DNA from: Thermoanaerobaculia bacterium
GTDB lineage: Bacteria > Acidobacteriota > Thermoanaerobaculia > UBA5066 > Gp7-AA6
Assembly (NCBI GenBank): GCA_036395755.1
Contig: DASWCZ010000079.1
Coordinates: 6,363-70,362, forward strand
Direction: 5' to 3'
DNA length: 64,000 nucleotides
The first letter of the stretch is position 1, and each line of letters begins with the position of its first letter. Below, one piece after another: positions 21,597 to 34,390 of this stretch. Below the pieces are notes generated by a model. That model was given only the letters and a program-made list of their open reading frames with translations. It made no database searches and was not told the origin of the DNA. The translations under genes and the position numbers were made by a program.

Positions 21597-22988
21597 ATGC
21601 GTCCCTCCGCCGAATCGATTCTCGACACGATCGCCGCGCTGGCGACTCCAATCGGTCGTTCCGCGATCGCGCTCGTGCGGATCTCCGGAGAGCGCACGCG
21701 CGAGATCCTCTCTCGCGTGGCGCGCGAGCTGCCGAATCCGGTCGAGCCGCGCCGGCCCTATCTCGTCGGGCTTACCGATCTCCATGGCGAGCCGATCGAT
21801 CGCGGCTTCGTCACCCTCTTTCCCGCGCCGGCTTCCTTCACGGGAGAAGACGTGGCCGAGCTGTCGGTTCACGGAAGCCCGGTCGTCGTCGAGACGCTGA
21901 TTCGCGCCTTGATCGGAAGCGGCGCGCGCCCCGCGAGGCCGGGCGAGTTCACGGAGAGGGCCTTCCGACTGGGGAAGATGGATCTCGTTCGCGCCGAGGC
22001 GATCCGTGACCTGATCGATTCGCGCACCGAGGCGGCCGCCCGCGCTTCCTCCCGGCGCCTGGAGGGCGCGCTGTCGTCGAGGTTGACGGGGGCGCGGGAG
22101 AACCTGCTGGCCGCCGCGGCGAGCCTCGCGGCGACGATCGACTTCTCCGAAGACGTCGGAGAGGCCGTCGATCCTTCCGTCCTCCTTCATCTCACGGCCG
22201 CGCGCGACTCGCTCGCGCGCCTCGCCGCGACTTACGACCGGGGTCGGCTTCTCTCCGCGGGCTGCCGCGTCGCGATCCTCGGCCGCGTGAACGCAGGGAA
22301 ATCGACCCTCTTCAATGCGCTCCTCGGAACGGCGCGCGCGATCGTCACGGAAATTCCGGGGACTACTCGCGACACGATCGAAGCGACGATCGACGTCCGC
22401 GGCATTCCCGTCGAGCTCGTCGACACCGCGGGTCTGCGCGAGACCGACGACCACGTCGAGAAGCTCGGCGTCGAGCGCGCGCGGGAAGAAGGGAAGACCG
22501 CGGCCGCGATCCTCTATGTCTTCGACGCGTCGGCCGGCTGGGCGGAGGAAGACGCCGCGGTCCTGGCGGCGCTCGACGGAAAGCCCGTGGCGGTGGTCGC
22601 GAACAAGATCGACCGCCTGGAGGCGCCCGATCGCCCGGGCGTGACGCGCCTCGAGCCGGCCGGAGCCGCACGGCCGGCGCTCCTCCTCTGCGGCCTCGCG
22701 CCCGAAGCCGGGGCGAGCCTGCGAGCGCTGCTGGCGCAGACGATCGCGGCGGACGTGCCGGGCGAGGCAGAGTCGGGGATCCTCGCGTCTCTGCGGCAGC
22801 TCGATCTGGTCGAACGAGCGCACGCCGCCGTCGGCGACGCCCTCGCCGCGCTCGCGAGCGGCGTTTCTCTGGAATACGCCGCCACCCACGTCGATTCCGG
22901 ACTCGCGGCGCTCGCCGACGTCTTCGGCGAGGCGACCTCGGAAGACGTGCTCCAACGTATTTTTTCGACCTTCTGCATCGGGAAATGA
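21597..22988 (+). CDS. mnmE: tRNA modification GTPase MnmE
   Basis: GRVNAGKSTLFNALLG G-domain; C-terminal CIGK. Confidence 0.9.
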   Translation: MRPSAESILDTIAALATPIGRSAIALVRISGERTREILSRVARELPNPVEPRRPYLVGLTDLHGEPIDRGFVTLFPAPASFTGEDVAELSVHGSPVVVETLIRALIGSGARPARPGEFTERAFRLGKMDLVRAEAIRDLIDSRTEAAARASSRRLEGALSSRLTGARENLLAAAASLAATIDFSEDVGEAVDPSVLLHLTAARDSLARLAATYDRGRLLSAGCRVAILGRVNAGKSTLFNALLGTARAIVTEIPGTTRDTIEATIDVRGIPVELVDTAGLRETDDHVEKLGVERAREEGKTAAAILYVFDASAGWAEEDAAVLAALDGKPVAVVANKIDRLEAPDRPGVTRLEPAGAARPALLLCGLAPEAGASLRALLAQTIAADVPGEAESGILASLRQLDLVERAHAAVGDALAALASGVSLEYAATHVDSGLAALADVFGEATSEDVLQRIFSTFCIGK

Positions 22989-24865
22989 ACGGCTCGGCGA
23001 CGTTCGACGTGATCGTCGTGGGCGCCGGCCACGCCGGCTGCGAAGCGGCCCACGCGGCGGCGCGCATGGGTCGGACGACCGCGCTTCTCTCGGGAGATCT
23101 CTCGGCGATCGCGCGGATGTCGTGCAATCCGGCAATCGGCGGTCTCGCGAAGGGGCAGCTCGTCAAGGAGGTCGACGCACTCGGCGGTCTGATGGGGCGC
23201 CTCGCCGACGCGGCGGGGATTCAATTCAAGATCCTCAATCGCTCGCGGGGCCCGGCGGTGTGGGGGCCGCGGGCACAGTGCGACAAGGCGCTCTACTCGC
23301 GGCTCGCCGCACAGGCCCTCTCGGAAACGCCGAACCTCCAGCTCGTGGAAGGCATGGCGGAGGAGCTCGTTGAGGAAGAGGGACGGGTCGCCGGCGTCGT
23401 CACGGGGAATGGAACGCGGCTCGGCGCCCGGGCCGTCGTCGTGACGACCGGAACCTTTCTGCGCGGTCTCATGCACACCGGGGAGCGGCGGACGGAGGGA
23501 GGCCGCGTCGGCGAAGCGGCTGCGGTCGGCCTGTCCGCGGCGCTCGCTCGGGCCGGGCTCGCACTCGGACGGTTCAAGACCGGCACGCCGCCGCGCGTCG
23601 AGCGGGACACCGTCGACTACGATCTCTGCGAGCCGCAGCGCGGCGACGATCCCCCCGTTCCCTTCTCCTTCCGGACCGTCGCGCTGCCCTCGCACCAGGC
23701 TCTCTGCTGGCTGACGAGCACGAATGAGCGCGTTCACGACCTGATCCGCGCCAACCTCCACTTGAGCCCGATGTACTCCGGACGGATCGTCGGCATCGGA
23801 CCGCGCTACTGCCCTTCCGTGGAAGACAAGGTGGTCAAGTTCGCCGACAAGCCGCGGCACTCGATCTTTCTGGAGCCGGAAGGATGGGACGCGCCGGAGA
23901 TCTACATCAACGGTCTCTCGACGTCTCTGCCCGAGGAAGTGCAACGCGCGATCCTCCGGGAGGTCGCCGGTCTCGCAAACGCGGAGATGATCCGGCCGGG
24001 CTACGCCGTCGAATACGACTTCTCGTTTCCCGACCAGCTCCGGGGCACGCTCGAAGCCCGCGACGTCCCCGGACTCTTCCTCGCCGGCCAGATCAACGGC
24101 ACCTCGGGATACGAAGAAGCTGCGGCGCAAGGGATCTGGGCGGGCATCAACGCGGCCCTCGCGGTGCGCGGAGAGGAACCGTTCGTGCTCGATCGTTCGG
24201 AAGCGTACGCCGCCGTCATGGTCGACGACTTGACGACGAAGGGCCTGGAGGAGCCCTACCGGCTTTTCACATCGCGAGCGGAGCACCGACTGCTCCTCGG
24301 CGTGGACTCCGTTCTGCCCCGCCTCCTGCCTCACGCACGCCGTATCGGGCTCGTGTCTTCCGCGGAGTACTCGCGGGCGATGCGATCCGAGGAGCGTCTG
24401 CGCCGAGCCGAGTCGGAGCTGCGGGCAGCGGAGATCCATCCGGACCGCGAGACGCGCGAAGAGTTCGAGAAGACGATCGGGATTCAGCTCGCCGAGCCGA
24501 CGACTCTACATAAACTGCTGAAAAGACAGGACTTATCTGTAGAGCTGCTGATGCCTTACGGCCCGGAGAGTCTCGGGGCGCTCTGCCGCGAAGAGCGGGC
24601 GATCCTGGAGAGCCGCGTGCGTTACGAGGGATACATTCGCCGCGAGACCGATCGGGTCGAGAGGATGAAGCCGCTCGAGGGTCGCCGGATTCCGGAAGAC
24701 TTCGAGTACGAATCCCTCCCCGGGCTCTCGCGCGAGGTCATCCAAAGCTGCACGCGGAAACGTCCCCGCACGCTCGGCGAAGCGGGCCGGATCCCCGGAG
24801 TTACTCCCGCCGCCGTCGCGATAATCTGCGCGCATGTCGTCCGGTCCCGAACCTCTTCGGCCTGA
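22985..24865 (+). CDS. mnmG: tRNA uridine 5-carboxymethylaminomethyl modification enzyme MnmG
   Basis: FDVIVVGAGHAGCEAA FAD motif; ~626 aa. Confidence 0.9.
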   Translation: MNGSATFDVIVVGAGHAGCEAAHAAARMGRTTALLSGDLSAIARMSCNPAIGGLAKGQLVKEVDALGGLMGRLADAAGIQFKILNRSRGPAVWGPRAQCDKALYSRLAAQALSETPNLQLVEGMAEELVEEEGRVAGVVTGNGTRLGARAVVVTTGTFLRGLMHTGERRTEGGRVGEAAAVGLSAALARAGLALGRFKTGTPPRVERDTVDYDLCEPQRGDDPPVPFSFRTVALPSHQALCWLTSTNERVHDLIRANLHLSPMYSGRIVGIGPRYCPSVEDKVVKFADKPRHSIFLEPEGWDAPEIYINGLSTSLPEEVQRAILREVAGLANAEMIRPGYAVEYDFSFPDQLRGTLEARDVPGLFLAGQINGTSGYEEAAAQGIWAGINAALAVRGEEPFVLDRSEAYAAVMVDDLTTKGLEEPYRLFTSRAEHRLLLGVDSVLPRLLPHARRIGLVSSAEYSRAMRSEERLRRAESELRAAEIHPDRETREEFEKTIGIQLAEPTTLHKLLKRQDLSVELLMPYGPESLGALCREERAILESRVRYEGYIRRETDRVERMKPLEGRRIPEDFEYESLPGLSREVIQSCTRKRPRTLGEAGRIPGVTPAAVAIICAHVVRSRTSSA

Positions 24866-25466
24866 GGCATTTCGAGACCTTCTCCAGAAAAAGCTCTCCG
24901 ACTTCCGGCTGGAGCTGGACGATCTGAAAGAGGCTCGCCTGGCCCGATTCCTCGCCGAGCTCGACCGCTGGCGGCGAACCGTCAATCTGACGGGCCGGCT
25001 TTCCCCGGATGGGCTGGTCTTGCATGCCCTCGAATCGGCATTCGGCGCAAACCTACTGCCGCTGCGTGATTCCGTCGTCGACATCGGCACAGGAGGAGGG
25101 TTTCCGGGAGTGCCGCTGGCGGTCTGCCGGCCGGACCTCCGGTGGATCTGGCTCGAGCCGCGGGAAAAGAGGGCTGCTTTTCTGCGTCACGTCGCGCGAA
25201 CGGTCCCGGTCGAAAACGCCGAGGTGGTCCCCGGCCGATCCGACGAGCTCGCCGTCGAGGGCTTCGATTCCGCGACGTCGCGCGGGCTGAAGCTCGACGC
25301 CACAATGATCGCCGGCCTTCTCCGGCCGGGCGGCGGCCTCTTTCTTTGGACGACGCGGGAGAATGCGACGAAAAACGCGCTCTTGTCCCTTCGCTTTCGG
25401 CTCGAGCAGACTCTGCCAATTCCGGAAACCCGCCATCGGGTGATCGCGCTCTTTCGCAGGAACTGA
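24834..25466 (+). CDS. rsmG: 16S rRNA (guanine527-N7)-methyltransferase RsmG
   Basis: DIGTGGGFPGVPLA SAM motif; gene order mnmG-rsmG-parA-parB. Confidence 0.85.
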   Translation: MSSGPEPLRPEAFRDLLQKKLSDFRLELDDLKEARLARFLAELDRWRRTVNLTGRLSPDGLVLHALESAFGANLLPLRDSVVDIGTGGGFPGVPLAVCRPDLRWIWLEPREKRAAFLRHVARTVPVENAEVVPGRSDELAVEGFDSATSRGLKLDATMIAGLLRPGGGLFLWTTRENATKNALLSLRFRLEQTLPIPETRHRVIALFRRN

Positions 25467-25481
25467 CGGCGCACGGGCAAC

Positions 25482-25495
25482 GTTCCACGTGGAAC
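25482..25495. promoter_or_regulatory. parS-like centromere site: perfect palindrome GTTCCACGTGGAAC (canonical parS is tGTTnCACGTGAAACa)
   Basis: Read directly in the rsmG-parA intergenic region. Confidence 0.6.
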
Positions 25496-25576
25496 GTCAT
25501 CCGGATCGCGACGGTGACAATCCATTAAGAGGCCTGCGCGGCTCAAATCTTTCTATTTGAGCGCGAAGGCTCCACA

Positions 25577-26353
25577 ATGCGAAAAATGGGGCGCGTGATC
25601 GCAATTGCGAACCAGAAGGGGGGAGTCGGTAAGACCACCACGGCTATCAACCTCGGCGCTGCTCTGGCGGCGTTCGACCGAACGGTCGTCCTCGTCGACT
25701 TCGACCCCCAGGCGAACGCAACCTCCGGTCTGGGCCTGGCCGACCGCAAGAACGGGTCGAACGCCTACGACGTTCTGCTCGGGGCCGACCCCGCGCAAGC
25801 GCTTCTCCAGAGTGGATTTCCCAATTTTTCGGTCCTGCCGTCCGGCCGGGACCTCGTCGGGGCGGAGATCGAGTTGGTCGGCCAGGACGGGCGCGAACGC
25901 CGGCTCCGGGAAGCGATCGACTGCATCCGGAACCAGTTCGATTTCATGTTCGTCGACTGCCCGCCATCGCTCTCGCTCTTGACCGTAAATGCCCTCACCG
26001 CCGCGGACTCGGTGCTGATTCCCCTCCAGACCGAGTATTTCGCGCTCGAGGGGTTGAGCGAGCTGCTCGAGTCGGTCGAACGGGTTCGCCACTCCTTCAA
26101 TCCGGGCCTGGAGATCGAGGGGATTCTCCTGACCCTGTACGATGAGCGAACGAACCTCGGCCGACAGGTCGTGGAGGACATCCGTCAGCACTTCGGAAAA
26201 CTGGTCTACGACACCGTGATCCCGCGCAACGTGAAGCTCGGAGAGGCACCCTCTTTCGGCAAGCCGGTCCTGGCCTACGACGTCAAATCGAAGGGGGCAG
26301 CGGCCTATCTCTCTCTCGGACGAGAGGTTTTGAAGAGGAGGGCGGTTCGATGA
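25577..26353 (+). CDS. parA: Chromosome partitioning ATPase ParA/Soj
   Basis: IAIANQKGGVGKTTTAINL deviant Walker A. Confidence 0.9.
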   Translation: MRKMGRVIAIANQKGGVGKTTTAINLGAALAAFDRTVVLVDFDPQANATSGLGLADRKNGSNAYDVLLGADPAQALLQSGFPNFSVLPSGRDLVGAEIELVGQDGRERRLREAIDCIRNQFDFMFVDCPPSLSLLTVNALTAADSVLIPLQTEYFALEGLSELLESVERVRHSFNPGLEIEGILLTLYDERTNLGRQVVEDIRQHFGKLVYDTVIPRNVKLGEAPSFGKPVLAYDVKSKGAAAYLSLGREVLKRRAVR

Positions 26354-27201
26354 CCCAGAAGCAGGCTCTCGGACGGGGTCTTTCGGCGCTCCTGCCCGGG
26401 CGGGAGGAGGTTCCACGGGAAACGAGTGGTGCGCGGGAGGTGGAGATCGGCCATCTCGTGCCGAACCGTTTCCAGCCGCGACGGGACTTTTCCGAGGCGG
26501 GGCTCGCCGAGCTCGCCGCTTCGATCCGCGAACAGGGGATCGTCCAGCCGATCGTGGTCACGCCGCGGGGCGAAAAGCTCGAGATCGTCGCGGGTGAGAG
26601 ACGGTGGCGCGCCGCGGCGATCGCCGGGCTGACGAAAGTACCGGTCGTGTTCCGGGAACGGCAGTCGGAGACCGATCTTCTCGAGGCCGCCCTCGTCGAG
26701 AACCTCCAGCGCGAGGACCTGAACCCGCTCGACGCGGCCGAAGCGTATGCCCGGCTCAAAGAGCAGTTTCGAATGTCTCACGAGAGGATCGCCGACCGGG
26801 TCGGCAAGGACCGCACGACGATCTCGAATGCCCTGCGGCTTCTGAAGCTTCCTTCGAGCGTGAAAGATCGGGTGCGCTCCGGGCTTCTTTCGGGAGGGCA
26901 CGCCCGCGCGCTCGCGTCTCTGACGTCGGCGGACGATCAGGAGCGGCTCGCGGAGGAGATCGTCCGCCGCGGTCTTTCGGTCCGGCAGGCCGAAAAACGC
27001 GTCGCGAGCTTCGGGAGAGCGGATAAGCTTCGGCGAGAACACCGTCGCGATCCGTTTACCCGGGACGCCGAGGAGAAACTCTCCCGGCGCCTGCGGTCGC
27101 GCGTGCGAATCGTGCGCCGCCGTCGCGGAGGGAGGGTCGAGATCGCTTTCGGTTCGGAAGAGGAGCTCATCGGTCTTTACGATCGGCTTGCGCGCGCCTG
27201 A
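26350..27201 (+). CDS. parB: Chromosome partitioning protein ParB/Spo0J
   Basis: GERRWRAA ParB box, HTH, overlap with parA. Confidence 0.9.
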   Translation: MTQKQALGRGLSALLPGREEVPRETSGAREVEIGHLVPNRFQPRRDFSEAGLAELAASIREQGIVQPIVVTPRGEKLEIVAGERRWRAAAIAGLTKVPVVFRERQSETDLLEAALVENLQREDLNPLDAAEAYARLKEQFRMSHERIADRVGKDRTTISNALRLLKLPSSVKDRVRSGLLSGGHARALASLTSADDQERLAEEIVRRGLSVRQAEKRVASFGRADKLRREHRRDPFTRDAEEKLSRRLRSRVRIVRRRRGGRVEIAFGSEEELIGLYDRLARA

Positions 27202-27269
27202 GGCGAGGGCGCGGCGAGCCGGAAGCTGTGGATGGAATCAGGGCGGATCGAACCAGGAAGGAAGGGGTC

Positions 27270-27665
27270 ATGAAAGGGAAGACAGAGGAAGCGACGTTGA
27301 ACGGGTTTCTGGATCGTGGGAGCCACCTGAGCGGTGATCTCAAGTTCGAGGACGGGTTCCGCATCGACGGAAAGTTCGAAGGAAAGATCACCTCGGGGAG
27401 CGAGCTCGTCGTCGGCGAGAACGCGGACGTCGAAGCGGAGATCCACGTCGAGAGACTCTCGGTCAACGGCACTCTGCGGGGAAACGTCGTCGCGACCGAG
27501 CGGATCGAGCTTCACCCGAAGGCCCGCGTGCTCGCGGATCTGACGACACCCGCGCTCGCCATCGAGGAAGGAGCGTTCTTCCAGGGCTCTTGCAAGATGG
27601 GACAGGAAGCGCCCTCGAACGTGGTGGGGATGCCAGCGCCGGCAGCTGGAGAGCGGCGGGGCTAA
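27270..27665 (+). CDS. Bactofilin (DUF583) cytoskeletal protein
   Basis: Beta-helical repeat pattern (G.L.G...G.V.G); RBS GGAAGGAAGGGG before ATG 27270. The track ORF starts 14 codons earlier. Confidence 0.7.
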   Translation: MKGKTEEATLNGFLDRGSHLSGDLKFEDGFRIDGKFEGKITSGSELVVGENADVEAEIHVERLSVNGTLRGNVVATERIELHPKARVLADLTTPALAIEEGAFFQGSCKMGQEAPSNVVGMPAPAAGERRG

Positions 27666-27738
27666 ACTACTGAATATACGTAACTTAGAGACATAAGCCT
27701 TCGATCCCAGCCCTCGGTCAAGCGTCCTTCCGTCCGGG

Positions 27739-27763
27739 TGATCTTGGACTTTGATCTTGGACT
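27739..27763. repeat. 13-bp tandem duplication TGATCTTGGACTT x2 in the leader of the ATP synthase operon
   Basis: Read directly. Confidence 0.5.
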
Positions 27764-27887
27764 GCTCGTCGGTTTGACCGCTTCGGGAGCGTGTGCTATT
27801 CATCCGCGCTCCGGCGCGGTCACACAAGCGGTCTTCGTTCTCTCCCGGTCCGATCCCTAAAATCGCGAGGAAGGCGACGCCAGCTCC

Positions 27888-28322
27888 ATGATCAAAGCCC
27901 CCGACGTGACGCTTCTCTACGTGATGTTCGCGTTCGTCCTCTCGTACGCGATCCTGAAGCGCTTCCTCTTCGGGCCTCTCGGCGCGATCCTGGCGGAGCG
28001 GGACCGGGAAGGGCGCGAGGCGTCCCGGATTCACCAGGAGAGCTTGAGGGAGCTCGAGCGAACGGTCGCGGAGGCAGAGCGCCGGCTCGCGGAAGCGCGG
28101 CGCGAGGCGTTGAGGGAGCGCGAAGCGCTTCGCGCCGAAGGCCTCGCGAAATTCGAAAGCCAGCTGGCGCAGGCGCGCCAGGAAGCGACGACGTCCATCG
28201 AAGCCGCGAGTCGAGAGATCGGCGCCGAAGTGCAAAAGGCAGCGGCCGAGCTCTCGACCCGGGCGCGGGCGCTCGCCGTCCTGCTGGCGGAAAAAATCCT
28301 CGGACGGAAGCTCGCCGCGTGA
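27888..28322 (+). CDS. atpF: F-type ATP synthase subunit b' (one N-terminal TM, then an Ala/Glu/Arg-rich coiled coil)
   Basis: TM then REALREREALRAEGLAKFESQL...; precedes a second b-type gene. Confidence 0.7.
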   Translation: MIKAPDVTLLYVMFAFVLSYAILKRFLFGPLGAILAERDREGREASRIHQESLRELERTVAEAERRLAEARREALREREALRAEGLAKFESQLAQARQEATTSIEAASREIGAEVQKAAAELSTRARALAVLLAEKILGRKLAA

Positions 28323-28933
28323 TCGACGGCCGGAAGAGCGTTTCGGACGCGGGTCGGCGTCCGCTCGTCTGGGGGCTGTTCGGGAGCGTCCCGCTCGCGC
28401 AGCAGGAGGCCGGCGAGCACGCGGCCACTTTCCTGGGTCTGCCCCTCTGGCTCTGGCAGATCGTCAACCTGATCCTCTTTCTGGGCGTGATGCTGTATTT
28501 CGTGGCGCGGCCGCTCGCGGCGATGTTTCGAAAGCGCCAGCTCGAGGTCGAACAGCGGCTCGAGGAAGCGAAGGAGCTTCGCGCGGAAGCGGCGCGGCTC
28601 GAAGCGCAGGTGCACGACCGGATGGTCCGCCTCGACCAGGAAATCGTGGAGATCCGGGCCCGCGGGGTGGCGGAGGGAGAAGCCGAGCGCGCCGCTCTGT
28701 CGGAGAAGGCGGACCTGGAGGTGGAGCGCGTGCGCCGGGAGGCGGAAGAGGAAATCGGGCGACGTCTGGCCGCCGCGAAACAGGAGCTGCGTCGAACGGC
28801 AGCGGATCTGACCGCGGGCGCGGCGCGCGAGCTGCTTGCCGGAGAGATCAACGACGAGGACCGCCGGCGGCTCCTCGAGGAAAGTGTCGCGCGGCTCGCG
28901 GAGAAGAAGCGCTCGGAGAACGCGGGATCGTGA
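28319..28933 (+). CDS. atpF: F-type ATP synthase subunit b
   Basis: GTG start overlapping the upstream stop; TM (LWQIVNLILFLGVMLYFV) followed by a coiled coil. Confidence 0.7.
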   Translation: MIDGRKSVSDAGRRPLVWGLFGSVPLAQQEAGEHAATFLGLPLWLWQIVNLILFLGVMLYFVARPLAAMFRKRQLEVEQRLEEAKELRAEAARLEAQVHDRMVRLDQEIVEIRARGVAEGEAERAALSEKADLEVERVRREAEEEIGRRLAAAKQELRRTAADLTAGAARELLAGEINDEDRRRLLEESVARLAEKKRSENAGS

Positions 28934-29460
28934 GCCGATTCGCACGTCCCTACGCGCAGGCGTTTCTCGAGACGGTTCCGACGGGCTATGACGTCGAAGC
29001 TTTTCTCGCGGCGGCGGGGGCGATTCAGCGGGCGATCGCACAGGACGCGCGCCTGAAGCACTTCCTCATGGCTCCAGCCATTCCGGTCGACGCGAAGCGC
29101 CGGGTCTCAGATGACCTTGCCGCCCGGGCCGGCGTCGACGAATTCGGCCGCCGGTTCCTCCGACTCGTCCTCGAGAAGCGGAGGATCGTGGCGCTGGCCG
29201 AGATCCTTTCGGCGATTCGCGCCGTGCACGATCGAAAATCCGGGATCATGGAGGCGCGGGTCACGGTCGCTGCCCCGCTCGACGCCGCGGAGAGGGCCCG
29301 GATCGAGCAAGCGCTCGCACAGCAGATAAACCGCCGCGTGCGGATGAACGTCGAGGTGGATCCGAAGATCCTGGCCGGTTTCGTGGCGAGGGTCGGCAGC
29401 GAAGTCTTCGATGCGTCCGCGGCGCGGGCGATCGAGAGGTTCCACGAAACGGCTGGGTAA
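28930..29460 (+). CDS. atpH: F-type ATP synthase subunit delta (OSCP)
   Basis: OSCP-like 176 aa; position b-delta-alpha. Confidence 0.8.
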   Translation: MSRFARPYAQAFLETVPTGYDVEAFLAAAGAIQRAIAQDARLKHFLMAPAIPVDAKRRVSDDLAARAGVDEFGRRFLRLVLEKRRIVALAEILSAIRAVHDRKSGIMEARVTVAAPLDAAERARIEQALAQQINRRVRMNVEVDPKILAGFVARVGSEVFDASAARAIERFHETAG

Positions 29461-29467
29461 CCACGCT

Positions 29468-29495
29468 TGGGGACAGGTTTTAACCTGCACCCGGA
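29468..29495 (+). repeat. Degenerate REP-like element between atpH and atpA
   Basis: ttggggacaggttttaacctgcacccgg keeps GGGGACAGG and CCTGCACCCG. Confidence 0.35.
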
Positions 29496-29508
29496 TGTAC
29501 GGAGTGTT

Positions 29509-31041
<1,533 letters not shown>

Positions 31042-31075
31042 AGTTATTCGTACTTACGACTGAACTCCGGAAACC

Positions 31076-31957
31076 GTGGCTTCGCTCATCGACATCCGCC
31101 GGCGACTGAAGTCGGTCAAGAACACACAGCAGATCACCCGGGCCATGAAGATGGTCTCGGCGGCGAAGCTGCGGCGGGCGCAGGACCGGGTCATCGCCGC
31201 GCGGCCTTACGCGAAGGCGTTGCGCGAGGTCCTCGCCTCCGTCTCTTCGCGGGTGAAGGAAGCGCAGCACCCGCTCCTGGCCGCCCGCGAGGAGAGGCAC
31301 GTCGCGCTCCTCGTCGTCGAGGGCGACAAGGGTCTGGCGGGGGCCTTCAACGCGAACATCAACCGCGCGGTCGCGGCCCTCCTCGCCGAGAAGAAGGAGT
31401 GGCAATCCGTCACGATCCTCCCGATCGGGAAGCGGGCGTTCGATTACTTCCGGCGGCGCAAGGCGACCCTCGCGCCGAAGGCCTATCCCGGAATCTTCGC
31501 GCGCGTGGAATACGCGCACGCGAAGGAGATCGCCGACTACCTGACGGCGGAGTTCGTGGAGGGCCGGATCGACGCGGCCTACGCGGTGTACAACGAGTTC
31601 AAGTCGGTCATGACGCAGATCGTGCGCCGCGACCGGATCCTCCCGATCTCCCGGTCGGAGACCGCGATCGCGGAAGCGGCCGCCTCGGGGGCTCCCGCCG
31701 TCGAGTACATCTACGAGCCGGATCCGGAGACCATCCTCGCGAAGCTTCTCCCGCGGTATCTCGAGTTCGTGATCTTCCGGATGCTGCTCGAATCGGCCGC
31801 CGCGGAGCACGGTGCGCGGATGACCGCGATGGAGTCGGCGACGAAGAACGCCGGCGACATGATCGACTCGCTGACGCTGACCTACAACCGCGCGCGCCAG
31901 GCGCGGATCACGAAGGAATTGATCGAGATCGTGTCGGGCGCGACGGCGCTCGAGTAG
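31076..31957 (+). CDS. atpG: F-type ATP synthase subunit gamma
   Basis: MASLIDIRRRLKSVKNTQQITRAMKMVSAAKLRRAQ. Confidence 0.9.
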   Translation: MASLIDIRRRLKSVKNTQQITRAMKMVSAAKLRRAQDRVIAARPYAKALREVLASVSSRVKEAQHPLLAAREERHVALLVVEGDKGLAGAFNANINRAVAALLAEKKEWQSVTILPIGKRAFDYFRRRKATLAPKAYPGIFARVEYAHAKEIADYLTAEFVEGRIDAAYAVYNEFKSVMTQIVRRDRILPISRSETAIAEAAASGAPAVEYIYEPDPETILAKLLPRYLEFVIFRMLLESAAAEHGARMTAMESATKNAGDMIDSLTLTYNRARQARITKELIEIVSGATALE

Positions 31958-33427
<1,470 letters not shown>

Positions 33428-33452
33428 GACGGCTGTCGTAGCGCGCCGTCTA

Positions 33453-33538
33453 ACATGGCGTTGCGGCGGACTCGCCGCCTCGCATTCGCTCGAGCCGCTC
33501 GCTACGCTCGCTCGGCTCACCGCTGAACGCCCGACCGT
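33453..33538 (+). repeat. Copy 1 of an ~85-95 nt imperfect direct repeat (ACATGG..GCGGACTCGCCGNCCTCGCATTCGCTCGRGCC..GCTCGCTCGGC..GAACGYCCG) right after atpD
   Basis: Aligned by eye to 34391-34475; ~75-80% identity. Confidence 0.5.
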
Positions 33539-33584
33539 TAGGCGTGCTTAGATGATCATTGAACGTAGGGTTCTGGAATAATAA

Positions 33585-34230
33585 ATGACGATATTCGGCA
33601 GACTTCGCTCGTCTCTCGCGATTGCGGCGCTGATTCCTTGCGGAGTCGCCACCGCGCAGAACCTCATTCGGGACCCGACGTTCTCGTCGGGGATCGGGGC
33701 TTGGACCACGCGAGGCGCACTGCCCTCAAGATTGGACTGGAATGGAGGTCCAGGGGCTGATGGAGCAGTTGGCTTCGCCCGACTGAGCGCACTGACTGGA
33801 GGTCCAGGAGCGTTCTTCGGAAGAGTCTGCCTTCCAGCCCGACCAGGGGTGGTCTATTTATGGGGGCGGCTATCTCCGATTTCTGTCTGCCCCAGATGCT
33901 AGTGCCCAGTTCACCCTTAGCTTCTCGGGGGACTCCGCTTGCGCAGGTCCTATTCTCCTTCACGCTGGTGGTCCCCAACTCTCTGGCTCTCTGGCGAGCC
34001 CTAACACGTGGTATCTGAGACCAGGGCAAGATGTCGCTGCTCCCTCAGGCGCCAACAGCGTTAGCTTTGAGATTCAGCTCACCACCTTGTCTAACCCTCT
34101 CCGCAGTGTTGACTTCGACAATGTATATTTCGGCCCCCCAGCCGTCGTTCCGATGCTTTCAATCTCGAACCTACTGCTTCTGGCCGCCGCAATGGCAGCC
34201 GTAGGTCTCTGGCGCTTAGCGAGTCGATGA
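33585..34230 (+). pseudogene. Frameshifted gene for a secreted protein: signal peptide plus N-terminal part in frame 0 (33585-33902), then the C-terminal part in the +1 frame ending in a hydrophobic segment and basic tail (VPMLSISNLLLLAAAMAAVGLWRLASR)
   Basis: The frame-C translation runs from ~33790 to the TGA at 34228-34230 without an M start. G5 homopolymer at ~33862. Markedly lower GC than the surroundings. Confidence 0.4.
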
Positions 34231-34390
34231 ATGTCTCTGCCCCAAGAACTGGCTTCATTCTGGATCCGCCATTGAAGCCGCAAACTGTATGCTCTTAGCA
34301 TATCTGGCTGTTGCCGATATTTCAGACTTAGGTAGGAATGGAGACGGCCGCCAGGCCGAGCGAGCGGTCCGACCGGGGAACAACGGCCAT

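Noticed and set aside
18807-23135. 1442 aa minus-strand ORF
   Set aside because: It runs antisense to yidD, yidC, jag and mnmE, all of which have clear conserved motifs on the plus strand. Its composition is Arg/Gly/Asp-rich with no domain signal, so it is a GC artefact.
34130-34230. PEP-CTERM sorting signal on the frameshifted secreted protein
   Set aside because: The C-terminus has the hydrophobic stretch and basic tail but reads VPML rather than PEP, and no exosortase is in the window. It is therefore described only as a generic C-terminal anchor.
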